Notes: generated by a model from the sequence alone, not told the origin. 64,000 nt of DNA from an uncultured Lentimicrobiaceae bacterium (GCA_964521105.1 CAZFPO010000005.1:3534-67533), one strand, 5' to 3'. Numbered from the stretch's first letter, positions 21,942 to 30,935 are shown. Made by a program: numbers and translations.

Positions 21942-23145
21942 TTTGAAGATTATGTCCCATTTTTTCTTGTTTAGTGAGCAAATATTTTTTATTAAACTTA
22001 TTTGGGTGAATAACCATAGGAATTGTGTTCACAATTTCAATTCCATGACCGGATAATCCAACCCGCTTAGTAGGATTATTAGTAATAAGTTTAATTTTGG
22101 TTGCGTGTAATTGTCGTAGAATTTGTGCACCAATACCGTAATCACGCTCATCGGCTTTAAAACCAAGTTCTAAATTAGCTTCAATAGTATCGCGCCCGAG
22201 TTCTTGTAAGTGATATGCTTTAAGTTTATTTATTAATCCGATGCCTCTGCCCTCTTGATTCATATATAAAACAATGCCTTTTCCTTCTTTTTCAACCATT
22301 TGCATTGATTCGTGGAGTTGTGGTCCACAATCGCATTTACACGAACCAAAAATATCTCCAGTAGCACATGACGAATGAACCCGAACCAGCACTTCATCAG
22401 TGTCTTTCCATTCGCCTTTAACAAGAGCTAAATGCACTAATTCGTTATCGATTTGGCGAAAAGCAATTAACTTAAAATGTCCCCACTCGGTTGGCATATC
22501 AACAGTTTCTTCACGAACAACCAAGGATTCTTTTTTGATTCGATATGCAATTAAATCTTTAATGGTAATCACTTTAAAATTAAATTTTTCTGCAATTTTC
22601 ATTAATTCTGGAAGTCTAGCCATTGTTCCATCGTCATTCATAATTTCCACTAAAACACCAGCAGGACTCATTCCAGCAAGTTTTGCTAAGTCAACAGTAG
22701 CTTCGGTATGTCCGGCGCGACGAAGCACTCCGCCATTAACAGCACGAAGAGGAAAAATATGACCTGGACGACCTAAATCTTCTGGTTTAGTATCTGGATT
22801 AATGAGCGCTTTAATAGTTTTAGAACGGTCAAAAGCAGAAATGCCGGTTGTACAACCTTGTCCAATCAAATCGACAGAAACAGTAAAAGGGGTTTGATGT
22901 AGAACGGTATTGTTTTGTACCATTAAATCTAAATTTAATTTTCTTGCAATTTCCTCGGTAATTGGGGCACAAATTAAACCTCTTCCATGTTTAGACATGA
23001 AATTAATAATTTCAGGAGTAACGTTATCAGCTAAAGTTATAAAATCGCCTTCATTTTCACGGTCTTCATCGTCAACTACAATAATTAGTTTTCCGGCTTT
23101 TAAATCATCAATTGCCTCTTCGATAGTATTTATTTTAAAGTTCAT
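21931..23145 (-). CDS. ribBA: Bifunctional 3,4-dihydroxy-2-butanone-4-phosphate synthase / GTP cyclohydrolase II
   Basis: RibB half (…[11 protein letters not shown]…GRGLICAP…RAGHTEA…) and RibA half with zinc Cys residues (…[18 protein letters not shown]…) and …NQEGRGIGL…. The start was moved to the ATG at 23145 ([10 protein letters not shown]…). Confidence 0.95.
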   Translation of the reverse strand: MNFKINTIEEAIDDLKAGKLIIVVDDEDRENEGDFITLADNVTPEIINFMSKHGRGLICAPITEEIARKLNLDLMVQNNTVLHQTPFTVSVDLIGQGCTTGISAFDRSKTIKALINPDTKPEDLGRPGHIFPLRAVNGGVLRRAGHTEATVDLAKLAGMSPAGVLVEIMNDDGTMARLPELMKIAEKFNFKVITIKDLIAYRIKKESLVVREETVDMPTEWGHFKLIAFRQIDNELVHLALVKGEWKDTDEVLVRVHSSCATGDIFGSCKCDCGPQLHESMQMVEKEGKGIVLYMNQEGRGIGLINKLKAYHLQELGRDTIEANLELGFKADERDYGIGAQILRQLHATKIKLITNNPTKRVGLSGHGIEIVNTIPMVIHPNKFNKKYLLTKQEKMGHNLQIDE

Positions 23146-23167
23146 TATGAAATAGTTATTTTGAGTG

Positions 23168-23175
23168 CAAAAATA
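23168..23175 (-). promoter_or_regulatory. -7 promoter box (TATTTTTG on the minus strand) for ribBA
   Basis: CAAAAATA on the plus strand lies 23 nt upstream of the ATG at 23145 and inside the discarded N-terminal extension. Confidence 0.45.
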
Positions 23176-23191
23176 GTAATTTTGAATTGAT

Positions 23192-23230
23192 ATCAAACAA
23201 AAACGGCATCTCATTTAGAGACACCGTTTT
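23192..23230 (-). terminator. Rho-independent terminator after rplI
   Basis: The minus strand reads AACGGtgtCTCtaaatGAGatgCCGTT followed by TTTTGTTTG. Confidence 0.6.
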
Positions 23231-23250
23231 ATTAAAAAATAATTTAGAAT

Positions 23251-23700
23251 TTATTCAGCAACCACTTCAAGTTTGATGTTAACTTTAACATCTTTGTGAA
23301 GGTTGATTTTTGCAGTATATTCGCCTAATTCTTTAATTGAGTCGCCATCAACCGATATTTTTTTACGGTCAACTTCAACATTTAATTGGTTAAGAATTGC
23401 TTCGGCAATTTGAATTGCATTAACAGAACCAAAAATTTTACCTTTTTCAGATGCTTTTGCACCAATTTTTAAAGTATAATCTTCTAGTTTTTTTGCAATA
23501 TCTTGAGCAGAATTGCGAATTTTCTCTTCTTTAAATGAGCGTTGTTTAATATTTTCAGCTAATACTTTTTTATTTGATTCGGTAGCTGGAATGGCTAATT
23601 TTTTAGGATAAAGGAAATTTCGGGCATAGCCGTTTTTCACTTTAACGATGTCGTTCGCATACCCTAAATGTTCTACGTCTTGTATTAAGATAATTTCCAT
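23251..23700 (-). CDS. rplI: 50S ribosomal protein L9
   Basis: MEIILIQDVEHLGYANDIVKVKNGYARNFL… is the canonical L9 N-domain. It is the last gene of the rpsF-rpsR-rplI operon. Confidence 0.95.
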   Translation of the reverse strand: MEIILIQDVEHLGYANDIVKVKNGYARNFLYPKKLAIPATESNKKVLAENIKQRSFKEEKIRNSAQDIAKKLEDYTLKIGAKASEKGKIFGSVNAIQIAEAILNQLNVEVDRKKISVDGDSIKELGEYTAKINLHKDVKVNIKLEVVAE

Positions 23701-23718
23701 GGATTGACAGTTTTAAGT

Positions 23719-23985
23719 TTATTTCAATAAATCGGCTACATAAGGTAATAAAGAAAGATGACGAGCACGTTTAATAGATTGCCCAACTTTTCTTTGGAAT
23801 TTCAAAGATGTTCCTGTTACACGGCGAGGTAAAATTTTACCTTGTTCGTTTATAAATCGTAATAGAAATGTTGCATCTTTATAATCAATGTATTTAATTC
23901 CGCTTTTTTTAAAGCGACAATATTTTTTCTTTTTAACATCTACTGCTATCGGAGTAAGATATTTTATTTCGGTTTGGTTTGCCAT
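23719..23985 (-). CDS. rpsR: 30S ribosomal protein S18
   Basis: …[50 protein letters not shown]… is the canonical S18 sequence. Confidence 0.95.
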   Translation of the reverse strand: MANQTEIKYLTPIAVDVKKKKYCRFKKSGIKYIDYKDATFLLRFINEQGKILPRRVTGTSLKFQRKVGQSIKRARHLSLLPYVADLLK

Positions 23986-23997
23986 GATTCAAAAAAA

Positions 23998-24357
23998 TTA
24001 AATGATTTCTTTTGTTTCTACTTTATTATCCTTTTTGTCGCGTTTGCGTTGATTGTAAGAAATGGCGTGTTTGTCAAGTTTTACGGTTAAAAAACGCATA
24101 ATACGTTCGTCACGGATAAGTTGAATTTCAAGGTTTTTAATAATTTCGCCCTCTGCTTTGAATTCAAAAAGGTGATAAAAACCGGTGTTTTTTCTTTGAA
24201 TCGGATACGCTAACTTGCGTAATCCCCAGTTTTCCTGGTGAACGATTTCAGCTCCATTGTCGAGTAAATGTTTCTCGAACTTTTTTACCGCTTCCTTCAT
24301 CTGTTCATCAGACAAAACGGGAGTCATAATGAAAACGGCTTCATACTGATTAATCAT
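23998..24357 (-). CDS. rpsF: 30S ribosomal protein S6
   Basis: MINQYEAVFIMTPVLSDEQ…ENWGLRKLAYPIQ… is the canonical S6 sequence. Confidence 0.95.
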   Translation of the reverse strand: MINQYEAVFIMTPVLSDEQMKEAVKKFEKHLLDNGAEIVHQENWGLRKLAYPIQRKNTGFYHLFEFKAEGEIIKNLEIQLIRDERIMRFLTVKLDKHAISYNQRKRDKKDNKVETKEII

Positions 24358-24401
24358 AATTGTTAATTGTTTGATTTATTAATTAATTTTAATTCGGACT
24401 G

Positions 24402-24409
24402 CAAAAGTA
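24402..24409 (-). promoter_or_regulatory. -7 promoter box (TACTTTTG on the minus strand) for the rpsF operon
   Basis: CAAAAGTA on the plus strand. The extended box GTACTTTTGCAGTCC is shared with the rpmH promoter. Confidence 0.5.
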
Positions 24410-24552
24410 CAAAAAAATATGATATCTGCTAATTATCATTTATTTTTTTTTAGACGTCCAATTATTTAGTAATTAGCTACAAGATTTTTTAGAACAGATT
24501 AATAATTGCAGATGATAATAAAACATTGTTATTAAATTAAAAATAAAAACTG

Positions 24553-24560
24553 TACCTTTG
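24553..24560 (+). promoter_or_regulatory. -7 promoter box (TACCTTTG) for the DEAD-box helicase gene
   Basis: The box lies about 110 nt upstream of the ATG at 24672, which implies a long 5' leader. Confidence 0.4.
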
Positions 24561-24671
24561 CAATCTACTTTACTCTATAAAATGGCAAGTTGTGAGCCAG
24601 TATAGTAAAATTTTCGTTATGCTGATGCTGAAAATGCAACATCTTTATCAGCTTTATTTATCAAATATTAA

Positions 24672-25925
24672 ATGTCATTTACTACCTTAAATTTAATTGA
24701 ACCCATTCTTAAAGCGCTTACAGCCGAAGGATACACCACACCAACCCCTATTCAACAACAAGCAATTCCTTTTGTACTTCAAAAAAGAGATTTACTTGGT
24801 TGTGCACAAACAGGAACTGGAAAAACCGCCGCTTTTGCAATTCCGATTATTCAATTATTAGTTCAACAAAAAACACATAAATCGGGTGTAAAAGTTCTTA
24901 TTTTAACTCCAACACGTGAGTTAGCTATTCAAATTGATGAAAGTTTCGCTTCGTATGGAAAATATACCGACTTAAAACATACGGTAATTTTTGGAGGAGT
25001 TTCGCAGCTCAGTCAAACAAATGCTCTAAAAAAAGGAGTGGACATTTTAGTTGCCACACCCGGAAGATTGCTAGATTTAATTCAACAAGGATTTGTCAGT
25101 TTGCGAAATCTTGAAATTTTTGTGTTAGATGAAGCCGACCGTATGCTCGACATGGGTTTTATTCATGATGTAAAACGAGTTATTTCAAATATTCCTGCCA
25201 AGCGACAAACACTGTTTTTTTCGGCAACTATGCCACTCGAAATCCAACAATTATCAAAAATATTATTAGATAATCCTGCTAAAGTTGAAGTAACACCTCC
25301 CACATCAACGGTTGACAAAATAAAGCAAAGTTTATATTTTGTTAGTAAAAACGATAAGCCGAAGCTTTTTATTTATTTACTTAAAGAACAAAAAATTGCA
25401 AATGCATTAGTTTTTTCACGAACCAAACATGGAGCCGATAAAGTTGTTAAATTTTTGCTGAAAGAAAACGTAAAAGCAGCAGCAATTCATGGTAACAAAA
25501 GCCAAAATAACAGACAGAATGCTTTAAATGATTTTAAAACAGGTAAAATTCAAGTTCTTGTAGCCACCGACATAGCAGCTCGTGGAATTGATATTGATGA
25601 ATTGTCGCATGTATTTAACTTTGATTTACCAGAAGTTCCCGAAACATACATTCATCGTATTGGACGAACAGGAAGAGCTGGTTTAGGTGGCACTGCCATA
25701 GCATTTTGCGATGTGGACGAAAAAGATCAGTTGAAAGATATAGAGAAATTTATTTCTCAGCATATTCCTGTTGTTGAAAATCAGCCCTACCCATTGGATC
25801 CAAGTTTATTGCCTCAAAAAGATAACCATAAAATTGAAAAAAGAAGGTTTGAAGTAACCAAAACAAAAGAAAAAGACAAACAACGTAAAATTAATAGTGA
25901 TAGACGCTGGAAAAAAAGATATTAA
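24672..25925 (+). CDS. rhlE: DEAD-box ATP-dependent RNA helicase (RhlE-like)
   Basis: Q-motif region, AQTGTGKT, PTRELA, DEAD (VLDEADRM), SAT and HRIGRTGRAG motifs, plus a basic C-terminal tail. Confidence 0.9.
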   Translation: MSFTTLNLIEPILKALTAEGYTTPTPIQQQAIPFVLQKRDLLGCAQTGTGKTAAFAIPIIQLLVQQKTHKSGVKVLILTPTRELAIQIDESFASYGKYTDLKHTVIFGGVSQLSQTNALKKGVDILVATPGRLLDLIQQGFVSLRNLEIFVLDEADRMLDMGFIHDVKRVISNIPAKRQTLFFSATMPLEIQQLSKILLDNPAKVEVTPPTSTVDKIKQSLYFVSKNDKPKLFIYLLKEQKIANALVFSRTKHGADKVVKFLLKENVKAAAIHGNKSQNNRQNALNDFKTGKIQVLVATDIAARGIDIDELSHVFNFDLPEVPETYIHRIGRTGRAGLGGTAIAFCDVDEKDQLKDIEKFISQHIPVVENQPYPLDPSLLPQKDNHKIEKRRFEVTKTKEKDKQRKINSDRRWKKRY

Positions 25926-25940
25926 TTATTTTGCTTAAAA

Positions 25941-27101
25941 TCAATTTTTCTTTTTGATAAAGAAATTGTCATAAGCTTGATTATAACCATTTATTAAGTC
26001 GTCAAACACTTCTTTAACGGTATTGATTTTTGTAGCTAAATATGCATTACTACCAGCAAAAGCGTATCCGTTTTTAAAATTACCATAATAAGCATTATAT
26101 AGTGCTTTAAAAATACAATACGGACTTTTTTCCATTAAGCATGTGTGAACACAATGCAAAGGGCATTTAATAGGAACCTTTAGTCCTATTTTTACACTTT
26201 CTAAAAAATCATTGTTTATTGCTCTTCCTGGCAACCCAACGGGACTTTCAATTATAACAATATCATCTTTTTTAGAATCGATGTATGCTTGCTTAAAACC
26301 ATCGGAAGCATCACACTCTTCGGTAGTTACAAAACGAGTGCCTAATTGAACTGCTTTGGCACCTTTTTGCATAATATTAAACATATCCTCGCCAGTATAA
26401 ATACCACCAGCAGCAATTATTGGAATATCTTTCTGATGTTTTTCTTCGTACACAGCAACTTGTGTAACCACTTGAGGAACAATATTTTCTAAAGAAAAAT
26501 CAGGGTCATTTATTTGTTCGGTTTTAAAACCTAAATGTCCACCAGCTTTTGGTCCTTCAACAACAAAAGCATCGGGTACATAATTATGTTTAGAAAACCA
26601 TCGTTCGCACAATAACTTAGCTGCTCGAGCCGATGAAACTATAGGAACCAGTTTAGTATTGCTTTCGGGTGTTAAAAATTTTGGTAAATCCATTGGTAAA
26701 CCAGCTCCTGAAAAGATAATATCTACTTTTTCGGAAATAGCTGTTTTTACTAAATCTTCAAAATTCGACATGGCAACCATGATATTTACACCAATAATAC
26801 CTTTTGTTTTTTCCTTTGCTTTTCGAATTTCGTTTTTTAACGCTTCAATGTTTGATTCTAAATAACTCATAGCAGGTGTATGATGAACTAATCCTAAACC
26901 TGCAGCCGAAATTACTCCTACTCCTCCTTGATTTGCAACAGCAACCGCAAGTCCCGACATTGAAATTCCTACCCCCATTCCGCCTTGAATAATTGGTACT
27001 GGAATAGATAAATGTCCAATTTTAAATTCTTTTATCACAAGCCTATTATTTGTTAAAACTCGGACAAAAGTAATTAAACTTATCGTTGTATGAAATTTCA
27101 T
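25941..27101 (-). CDS. NPD-family FMN oxidoreductase (nitronate monooxygenase / FabK-like enoyl-ACP reductase family)
   Basis: PIIQGGMGVG, …AAGGIYTGEDM… and …LGTRFV… TIM-barrel FMN motifs. The C-terminal segment carries CPLHCVHTCLMEKSPYC. The true start may be downstream of the listed ATG. Confidence 0.7.
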   Translation of the reverse strand: MKFHTTISLITFVRVLTNNRLVIKEFKIGHLSIPVPIIQGGMGVGISMSGLAVAVANQGGVGVISAAGLGLVHHTPAMSYLESNIEALKNEIRKAKEKTKGIIGVNIMVAMSNFEDLVKTAISEKVDIIFSGAGLPMDLPKFLTPESNTKLVPIVSSARAAKLLCERWFSKHNYVPDAFVVEGPKAGGHLGFKTEQINDPDFSLENIVPQVVTQVAVYEEKHQKDIPIIAAGGIYTGEDMFNIMQKGAKAVQLGTRFVTTEECDASDGFKQAYIDSKKDDIVIIESPVGLPGRAINNDFLESVKIGLKVPIKCPLHCVHTCLMEKSPYCIFKALYNAYYGNFKNGYAFAGSNAYLATKINTVKEVFDDLINGYNQAYDNFFIKKKN

Positions 27102-27294
27102 GGAAATTATTGACCTAAAAAAAAAGAAAAAAAGAATATAATATTTTATGCTATCGGTTTTAAATAAATGAAGTTTTTTTTTTGATAATTGAATATCAGT
27201 TGTTTAATTATTAATTCTGCTTGTTAAAAAATACTTATGTTGATTTTTTAAGTAAGTTAATTAATCAAAAAAAGAGGATTTACTCTTCCTTGAA

Positions 27295-27657
27295 TTAAAA
27301 AAAACTCTGCTTTTTACCTTTTTTATGTAACACAATGTTGGCTGCTTCAGTAGTAATTAAGCAACCAGTTTCAATTTTATCAAACCAAGGCAGTATTTGA
27401 TTAATAAAATTAGTTATTTGCTCCGGTTCGTCAATAATTTCAACAACCATAGGAAGCTTTTCTGTAAGTTCCCACTTGCTTGAGGAACGAATAATATTGC
27501 TTGACCCATAGCCCATTGCACCTTTTAGAACTGTGGCACCTGCCATATTATACCTTTTGGCAGCATAAACAATCATTTCGTATAAAGGAGAATGTTTAAA
27601 TTTGTCGGTACTACTAATAAATATTCTTAAAATTTGAGCTTCATTTATGTTTTCCAT
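27295..27657 (-). CDS. DUF190 (PII-like fold) protein, co-transcribed with crcB
   Basis: 120 aa. …LRIFISSTDKFKHSPLYEMIVYAAKRYNMAGATVLKGAMGYG… is typical of DUF190. It starts 2 nt after the crcB stop. Confidence 0.75.
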   Translation of the reverse strand: MENINEAQILRIFISSTDKFKHSPLYEMIVYAAKRYNMAGATVLKGAMGYGSSNIIRSSSKWELTEKLPMVVEIIDEPEQITNFINQILPWFDKIETGCLITTEAANIVLHKKGKKQSFF

Positions 27658-27659
27658 AA

Positions 27660-28037
27660 CTAAACAAGTTTTGTTGTAACACTACCTAAGTAAGTTGCCA
27701 TTAACCCTACAAAAACACTAAGACTTGTATATAAAGCAAAATAGAAAAAGTTGCCATCTTTTAAAAGCAACATATTTTCGCTAGAAAAAGTCGAAAAAGT
27801 TGTAAATCCTCCACAAAAACCAACGGTTAAAAACAAACGTAAATTATCGTTTAATTCGTTACCTCGTTCAGATAAACCATAAATAAATCCAATAAAAAAA
27901 CATCCAATAATATTAACCATAAATGTTCCCAAAGGAAAAGTTGATATCACCGAGTTTTGAATGTAACGAGAAGCCAAAAATCTTGAAACTCCACCTAAAA
28001 AGCTTCCTGTACCAATCATCAAAAGAATTTTAATCAT
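27660..28037 (-). CDS. crcB: Fluoride ion channel CrcB/FluC
   Basis: 125 aa with four TM helices. Motifs [23 protein letters not shown] and [12 protein letters not shown] are present. Confidence 0.9.
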   Translation of the reverse strand: MIKILLMIGTGSFLGGVSRFLASRYIQNSVISTFPLGTFMVNIIGCFFIGFIYGLSERGNELNDNLRLFLTVGFCGGFTTFSTFSSENMLLLKDGNFFYFALYTSLSVFVGLMATYLGSVTTKLV

Positions 28038-28076
28038 ACGCTGTACCTTACTTTAATGTTTTAAAAGAAATATAAA

Positions 28077-28130
28077 GTAGGAGTTATCAGCTTTTTAAGG
28101 CGGTTTAAGGCTAACTCCATAGCCGAATGC
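28077..28130 (-). promoter_or_regulatory. Fluoride riboswitch (crcB RNA motif)
   Basis: The minus strand reads GCAUUCGGCUAUGGAGUUAGCCUUAAACCGCCUUAAAAAGCUGAUAACUCCUAC. It has a P1 helix GGCU/AGCC, a pseudoknot GGAGUU/AACUCC, and conserved AAACCGCC and GCUGAU segments. It ends 40 nt upstream of the crcB ATG. Confidence 0.8.
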
Positions 28131-28245
28131 AAAGTTACACCTTTTTATAAATAAAATTTCTAAAAACTGAACAAATAATAATTTTTCTTTGCTTTTAAAA
28201 AAAAAAAATTAAATTTGTAGAACAAATTGAATAATACAAACCATT

Positions 28246-28854
28246 ATGAAAAAAACATTTCTTTCTCTAATAATACTTTCAATTGCATATAGTAGTTTTT
28301 CGCAAGGTGAAAAGCCCCATTTTGCATCTGTAAATTTTTATCCTGTTATGGAAAATTTCAGTAGTTTAAAAGGCGGCTTTGGCTATAGTGTTGATGGAGC
28401 GTATTTTATTAACTCATGGTTTGGAGTTGGAGGAACTTTTAACCATAGTTTATTTAATTATAAGTATGATGGTTTTGAAGGCAAAACAAAAGCGTCTCAT
28501 TTATCCTTTTGTGCCAATGCTTATGTTAAAAAATCATTTGGCGAAAAATTTACATTAATGCCTAACATTGGATTTGGTGTTTCGTATGCAAAAATACCCG
28601 ATGCTGAACGTACTATTAAACAAGGCGGTGTTGATGTTCTTCAACAAACTGCGGGATATAGTTTAACTGGAGTTATGTTTAATACAATGTCCATCAAAGG
28701 GTTTTATAACTTCTATCAAGACATGAGTGCAAATGTTACGGTTGAATACATGTTGTCTGTATCAAACAAATGGCCCGAAAAAAGTTTTGGTGAGTTTTTG
28801 ATGATTGGTATTGGATATACCTATTATTTGAATTTTAATAAAACTACAAAATAA
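28246..28854 (+). CDS. Small outer-membrane beta-barrel protein (OmpW/porin-like, function unknown)
   Basis: 202 aa with a signal peptide (…AYSSFSQ), alternating beta-strand periodicity and a C-terminal aromatic strand (…IGIGYTYYLNF). Confidence 0.5.
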   Translation: MKKTFLSLIILSIAYSSFSQGEKPHFASVNFYPVMENFSSLKGGFGYSVDGAYFINSWFGVGGTFNHSLFNYKYDGFEGKTKASHLSFCANAYVKKSFGEKFTLMPNIGFGVSYAKIPDAERTIKQGGVDVLQQTAGYSLTGVMFNTMSIKGFYNFYQDMSANVTVEYMLSVSNKWPEKSFGEFLMIGIGYTYYLNFNKTTK

Positions 28855-28874
28855 TATTTTCAATATTTTTAAAA

Positions 28875-28906
28875 AAGCCTCAGGTTTATGCTTGAGGCTT
28901 TTTATT
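28875..28906 (+). terminator. Rho-independent terminator
   Basis: GCCTCA-ggtttatgc-TGAGGC is followed by TTTTTATTTT. Confidence 0.7.
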
Positions 28907-28989
28907 TTGATTATTTAATAGATGTATAAAAATTTTACCTGATTAGAAATTGGAATTTTTATTCAAACTATAAGTTTTTTGTATACATG

Positions 28990-29088
28990 TTTTATTTTAT
29001 TGCTTCGCTTCGATAAGTCGAGCTCGCATTGAAATAAAAAAAAACCTCGATGCGGATGAGTGAATTTATTTGTCGGGATGACTGGATT
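28990..29088. repeat. Copy 1 of a roughly 100-nt tandem repeat; it ends with a copy of the last 16 nt of tRNA-Pro
   Basis: Hand alignment with 29154-29253 shows about 6 substitutions and 1 indel. The copies diverge abruptly after …gatgactggatt. The unit includes the CGAGCTCG palindrome and an A-run. Confidence 0.8.
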
Positions 29089-29153
29089 ACCTGCGGTGAT
29101 CCAAAAAGGGGGTGGTTCAAATGATTCACTCAAAGACCTACGGTCTTGCATTT

Positions 29154-29253
29154 TTTTATTTCATTGCTTCACTTCGATAAGTCGAGCTCGCTATAAAATA
29201 AAAAAAAAACCGCGATGCGGATGAGTGAATTTATTTGTCGGGATGACTGGATT
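29154..29253. repeat. Copy 2 of the tandem repeat (true 3' end of tRNA-Pro plus its downstream flank)
   Basis: See copy 1. The period is about 165 bp. Positions 29238-29253 are the real tRNA 3' end. Confidence 0.8.
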
Positions 29254-29311
29254 CGAACCAGCGACCTCTTCGTCCCGAACGAAGCACGCTACCAAGCTGC
29301 GCTACATCCCG
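29238..29311 (-). tRNA. tRNA-Pro (anticodon CGG)
   Basis: 74 nt, folded by hand. Acceptor stem CGGGATG/CATCCCG, D stem GCGC/GCGT, anticodon stem CTTCG/CGAAG with loop TTCGGGA, T arm GCTGG-TTCGAAT-CCAGT. CCA is not encoded. Confidence 0.93.
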
Positions 29312-29325
29312 AAAATAATTGATTG

Positions 29326-29333
29326 CAAAAGTA
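29326..29333 (-). promoter_or_regulatory. -7 promoter box (TACTTTTG on the minus strand) for tRNA-Pro
   Basis: CAAAAGTA on the plus strand lies 15 nt upstream of the mature tRNA 5' end. Confidence 0.5.
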
Positions 29334-29418
29334 TAAAATTTTATGTTTAGAAAGCTCAATTATTAGTAAAAATCAAGTTAAAGGCTAAATTACCTGACAT
29401 GAATATTGTAATTTTTTG

Positions 29419-29426
29419 TAGGTTTG
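29419..29426 (+). promoter_or_regulatory. -7 promoter box (TAGGTTTG) for the LT/SGNH/MBOAT cluster
   Basis: The box lies 23 nt upstream of the ATG at 29449. Confidence 0.45.
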
Positions 29427-29448
29427 CAAACCTATTTATTATTTTTTG

Positions 29449-30915
29449 ATGTTGCAATTTATAAATTATACAAATTTTAAATACATTACTATATTAAAAC
29501 AAATACTCTTACTGGTGTTTGTTCCAATAATTAGTGTGTCTCAAAATCAAAATAATATTAACGACTCTGTTGTTTATAAACGGCTTCAACTAGTTGAAAA
29601 AACGATTAAACTCCCCTACTCAAAAGTTGTTTTAGAGCAAATTCGTCAAAATGTATATGCTAATAAAACTGAACTTGAAAAATCAATATCATTATATAAA
29701 AATTATGAGCCAATTTTTGAACGAGAAATACTAAAAAATAACTTACCTGATGAATTAAAATACTTACCCTTTGCCATATCCGAAATGAATAATCGCATGA
29801 TTGGCAAGTATGGCACAGCTGGGGTTTGGGGTTTACCAATAAGTGTGGCAGTCAAACATGGTTTAATTGTTACACCTTTTGTTGATGAACGATTAGATAT
29901 TGAAAAATCGACAAAAGTTGCTTTAAGATATATAATGGAATTGTATGATATTTATTCTGATTGGTGGAAGACAATTATAGCATTTTCAAATAGCCCAGCT
30001 GCTTTAAATTCAACAATTATTCGATTAAAAGACAAAGATATGACAATATGGGATATTTATGATAACTCTAAATTGCCTTTTCGGCTTATTATCCCTAATT
30101 ATATTTACAGCGTTTATATCATTAATTACATGAACACTTATGATTTAAAAATTAAGCCTGTAATAATGCCCGATTGTTCATTTGTGAAAATTAAAGGCGA
30201 AATTTTAGTATCCGATTTAATTGATAAAATCAATATTTCGGATACGTTGTTTTATTTATTAAATCCTGTTTATACCTCATCACGCATACCTGCATACTCT
30301 CACTATCCAATTCAAATTCCTAAAAGCAAGGAGGATTTATTTAAAGTGTGGGAAGATAGTTTGTATAAATGGGCTATAACTGCAAATACTCCTTTTTTTA
30401 TTCCCGACAGTTTAGAAGAAATAATTGAAGATGATTCAAGTACAGATATTCAATTATTTAATGATTCAATTATTATAGAAATTGATGAGAAAAATATTGA
30501 AAAAACAGTTGAGAAGCAGAATACAGTTGTTGAAGAAAAAAAGAAACCAACAAATAATTCTTATAATATTGTATACATAGTAAAAAGTGGGGATGTTTTA
30601 AGCAAAATTGCTGAAAAACATAATGTTGATGTAAAACAAATTAAAGAATGGAATAATCTAAAAAGTGATAACATTAAGACTGGTCAAAAACTTATAATTC
30701 AATCAAAAAAGACAAATTCAACCAAATCAAATTCGCCATCGGAAATTAAACCTAAAAAAAATGAAAAATACAAATATTATACTGTAAAAAAAGGCGATAC
30801 ATTGTGGAGTATTGCACAGAGATATGATACTACAGATGATGAAATAAAGAAAATTAATGGAATAGGAAATTCTATTCATCCAGGTCAAGTTTTAAAAATT
30901 AAAATTATTAAATAA
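29449..30915 (+). CDS. Lytic murein transglycosylase (MltD-like SLT domain) with two C-terminal LysM domains
   Basis: SLT-like catalytic region …LKYLPFAISEMNNRMIGKYGTAGVWGLP… (Glu-Ser-type motif plus a GxxGxWxL-type motif). Two LysM repeats: YIVKSGDVLSKIAEKHNVDVKQIKEWNNL…GQKLII and YTVKKGDTLWSIAQRYDTTDDEIKKINGI…GQVLKI. Confidence 0.75.
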   Translation: MLQFINYTNFKYITILKQILLLVFVPIISVSQNQNNINDSVVYKRLQLVEKTIKLPYSKVVLEQIRQNVYANKTELEKSISLYKNYEPIFEREILKNNLPDELKYLPFAISEMNNRMIGKYGTAGVWGLPISVAVKHGLIVTPFVDERLDIEKSTKVALRYIMELYDIYSDWWKTIIAFSNSPAALNSTIIRLKDKDMTIWDIYDNSKLPFRLIIPNYIYSVYIINYMNTYDLKIKPVIMPDCSFVKIKGEILVSDLIDKINISDTLFYLLNPVYTSSRIPAYSHYPIQIPKSKEDLFKVWEDSLYKWAITANTPFFIPDSLEEIIEDDSSTDIQLFNDSIIIEIDEKNIEKTVEKQNTVVEEKKKPTNNSYNIVYIVKSGDVLSKIAEKHNVDVKQIKEWNNLKSDNIKTGQKLIIQSKKTNSTKSNSPSEIKPKKNEKYKYYTVKKGDTLWSIAQRYDTTDDEIKKINGIGNSIHPGQVLKIKIIK

Positions 30916-30935
30916 CATTTAGGGTAAAAATTCTT

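Noticed and set aside
22400-22762. Antisense or nested ORFs of 60-120 aa inside long genes (for example 22400-22762, 34689-35042, 37399-37710, 44862-45167, 17378-17662, 49455-49745, 46750-47025)
   Set aside because: Each lies wholly within a confidently identified gene on the opposite strand or in another frame. All have Ser/Leu/Phe-rich low-complexity translations typical of AT-rich antisense frames.
23146-23250. An FMN riboswitch was expected upstream of ribBA
   Set aside because: Only about 105 nt are available, and they are filled by the rplI terminator hairpin and a promoter box 23 nt from the ATG. No FMN-aptamer-like conserved segments are visible.
28963-29151. 62-aa ORF on the minus strand in the tRNA-Pro downstream region
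   Set aside because: It is translated straight across the tandem-repeat copy and the tRNA-fragment scar. It has a low-complexity, unlikely sequence and no promoter box. It is most likely an artefact.
28855-29448. A tRNA gene with a duplicated 3' end could mark a genomic island or integrated element
   Set aside because: Only about 60 unique bp lie between the repeats. No integrase, excisionase or foreign-looking genes occur on either side. It is kept only as a possible relic scar.
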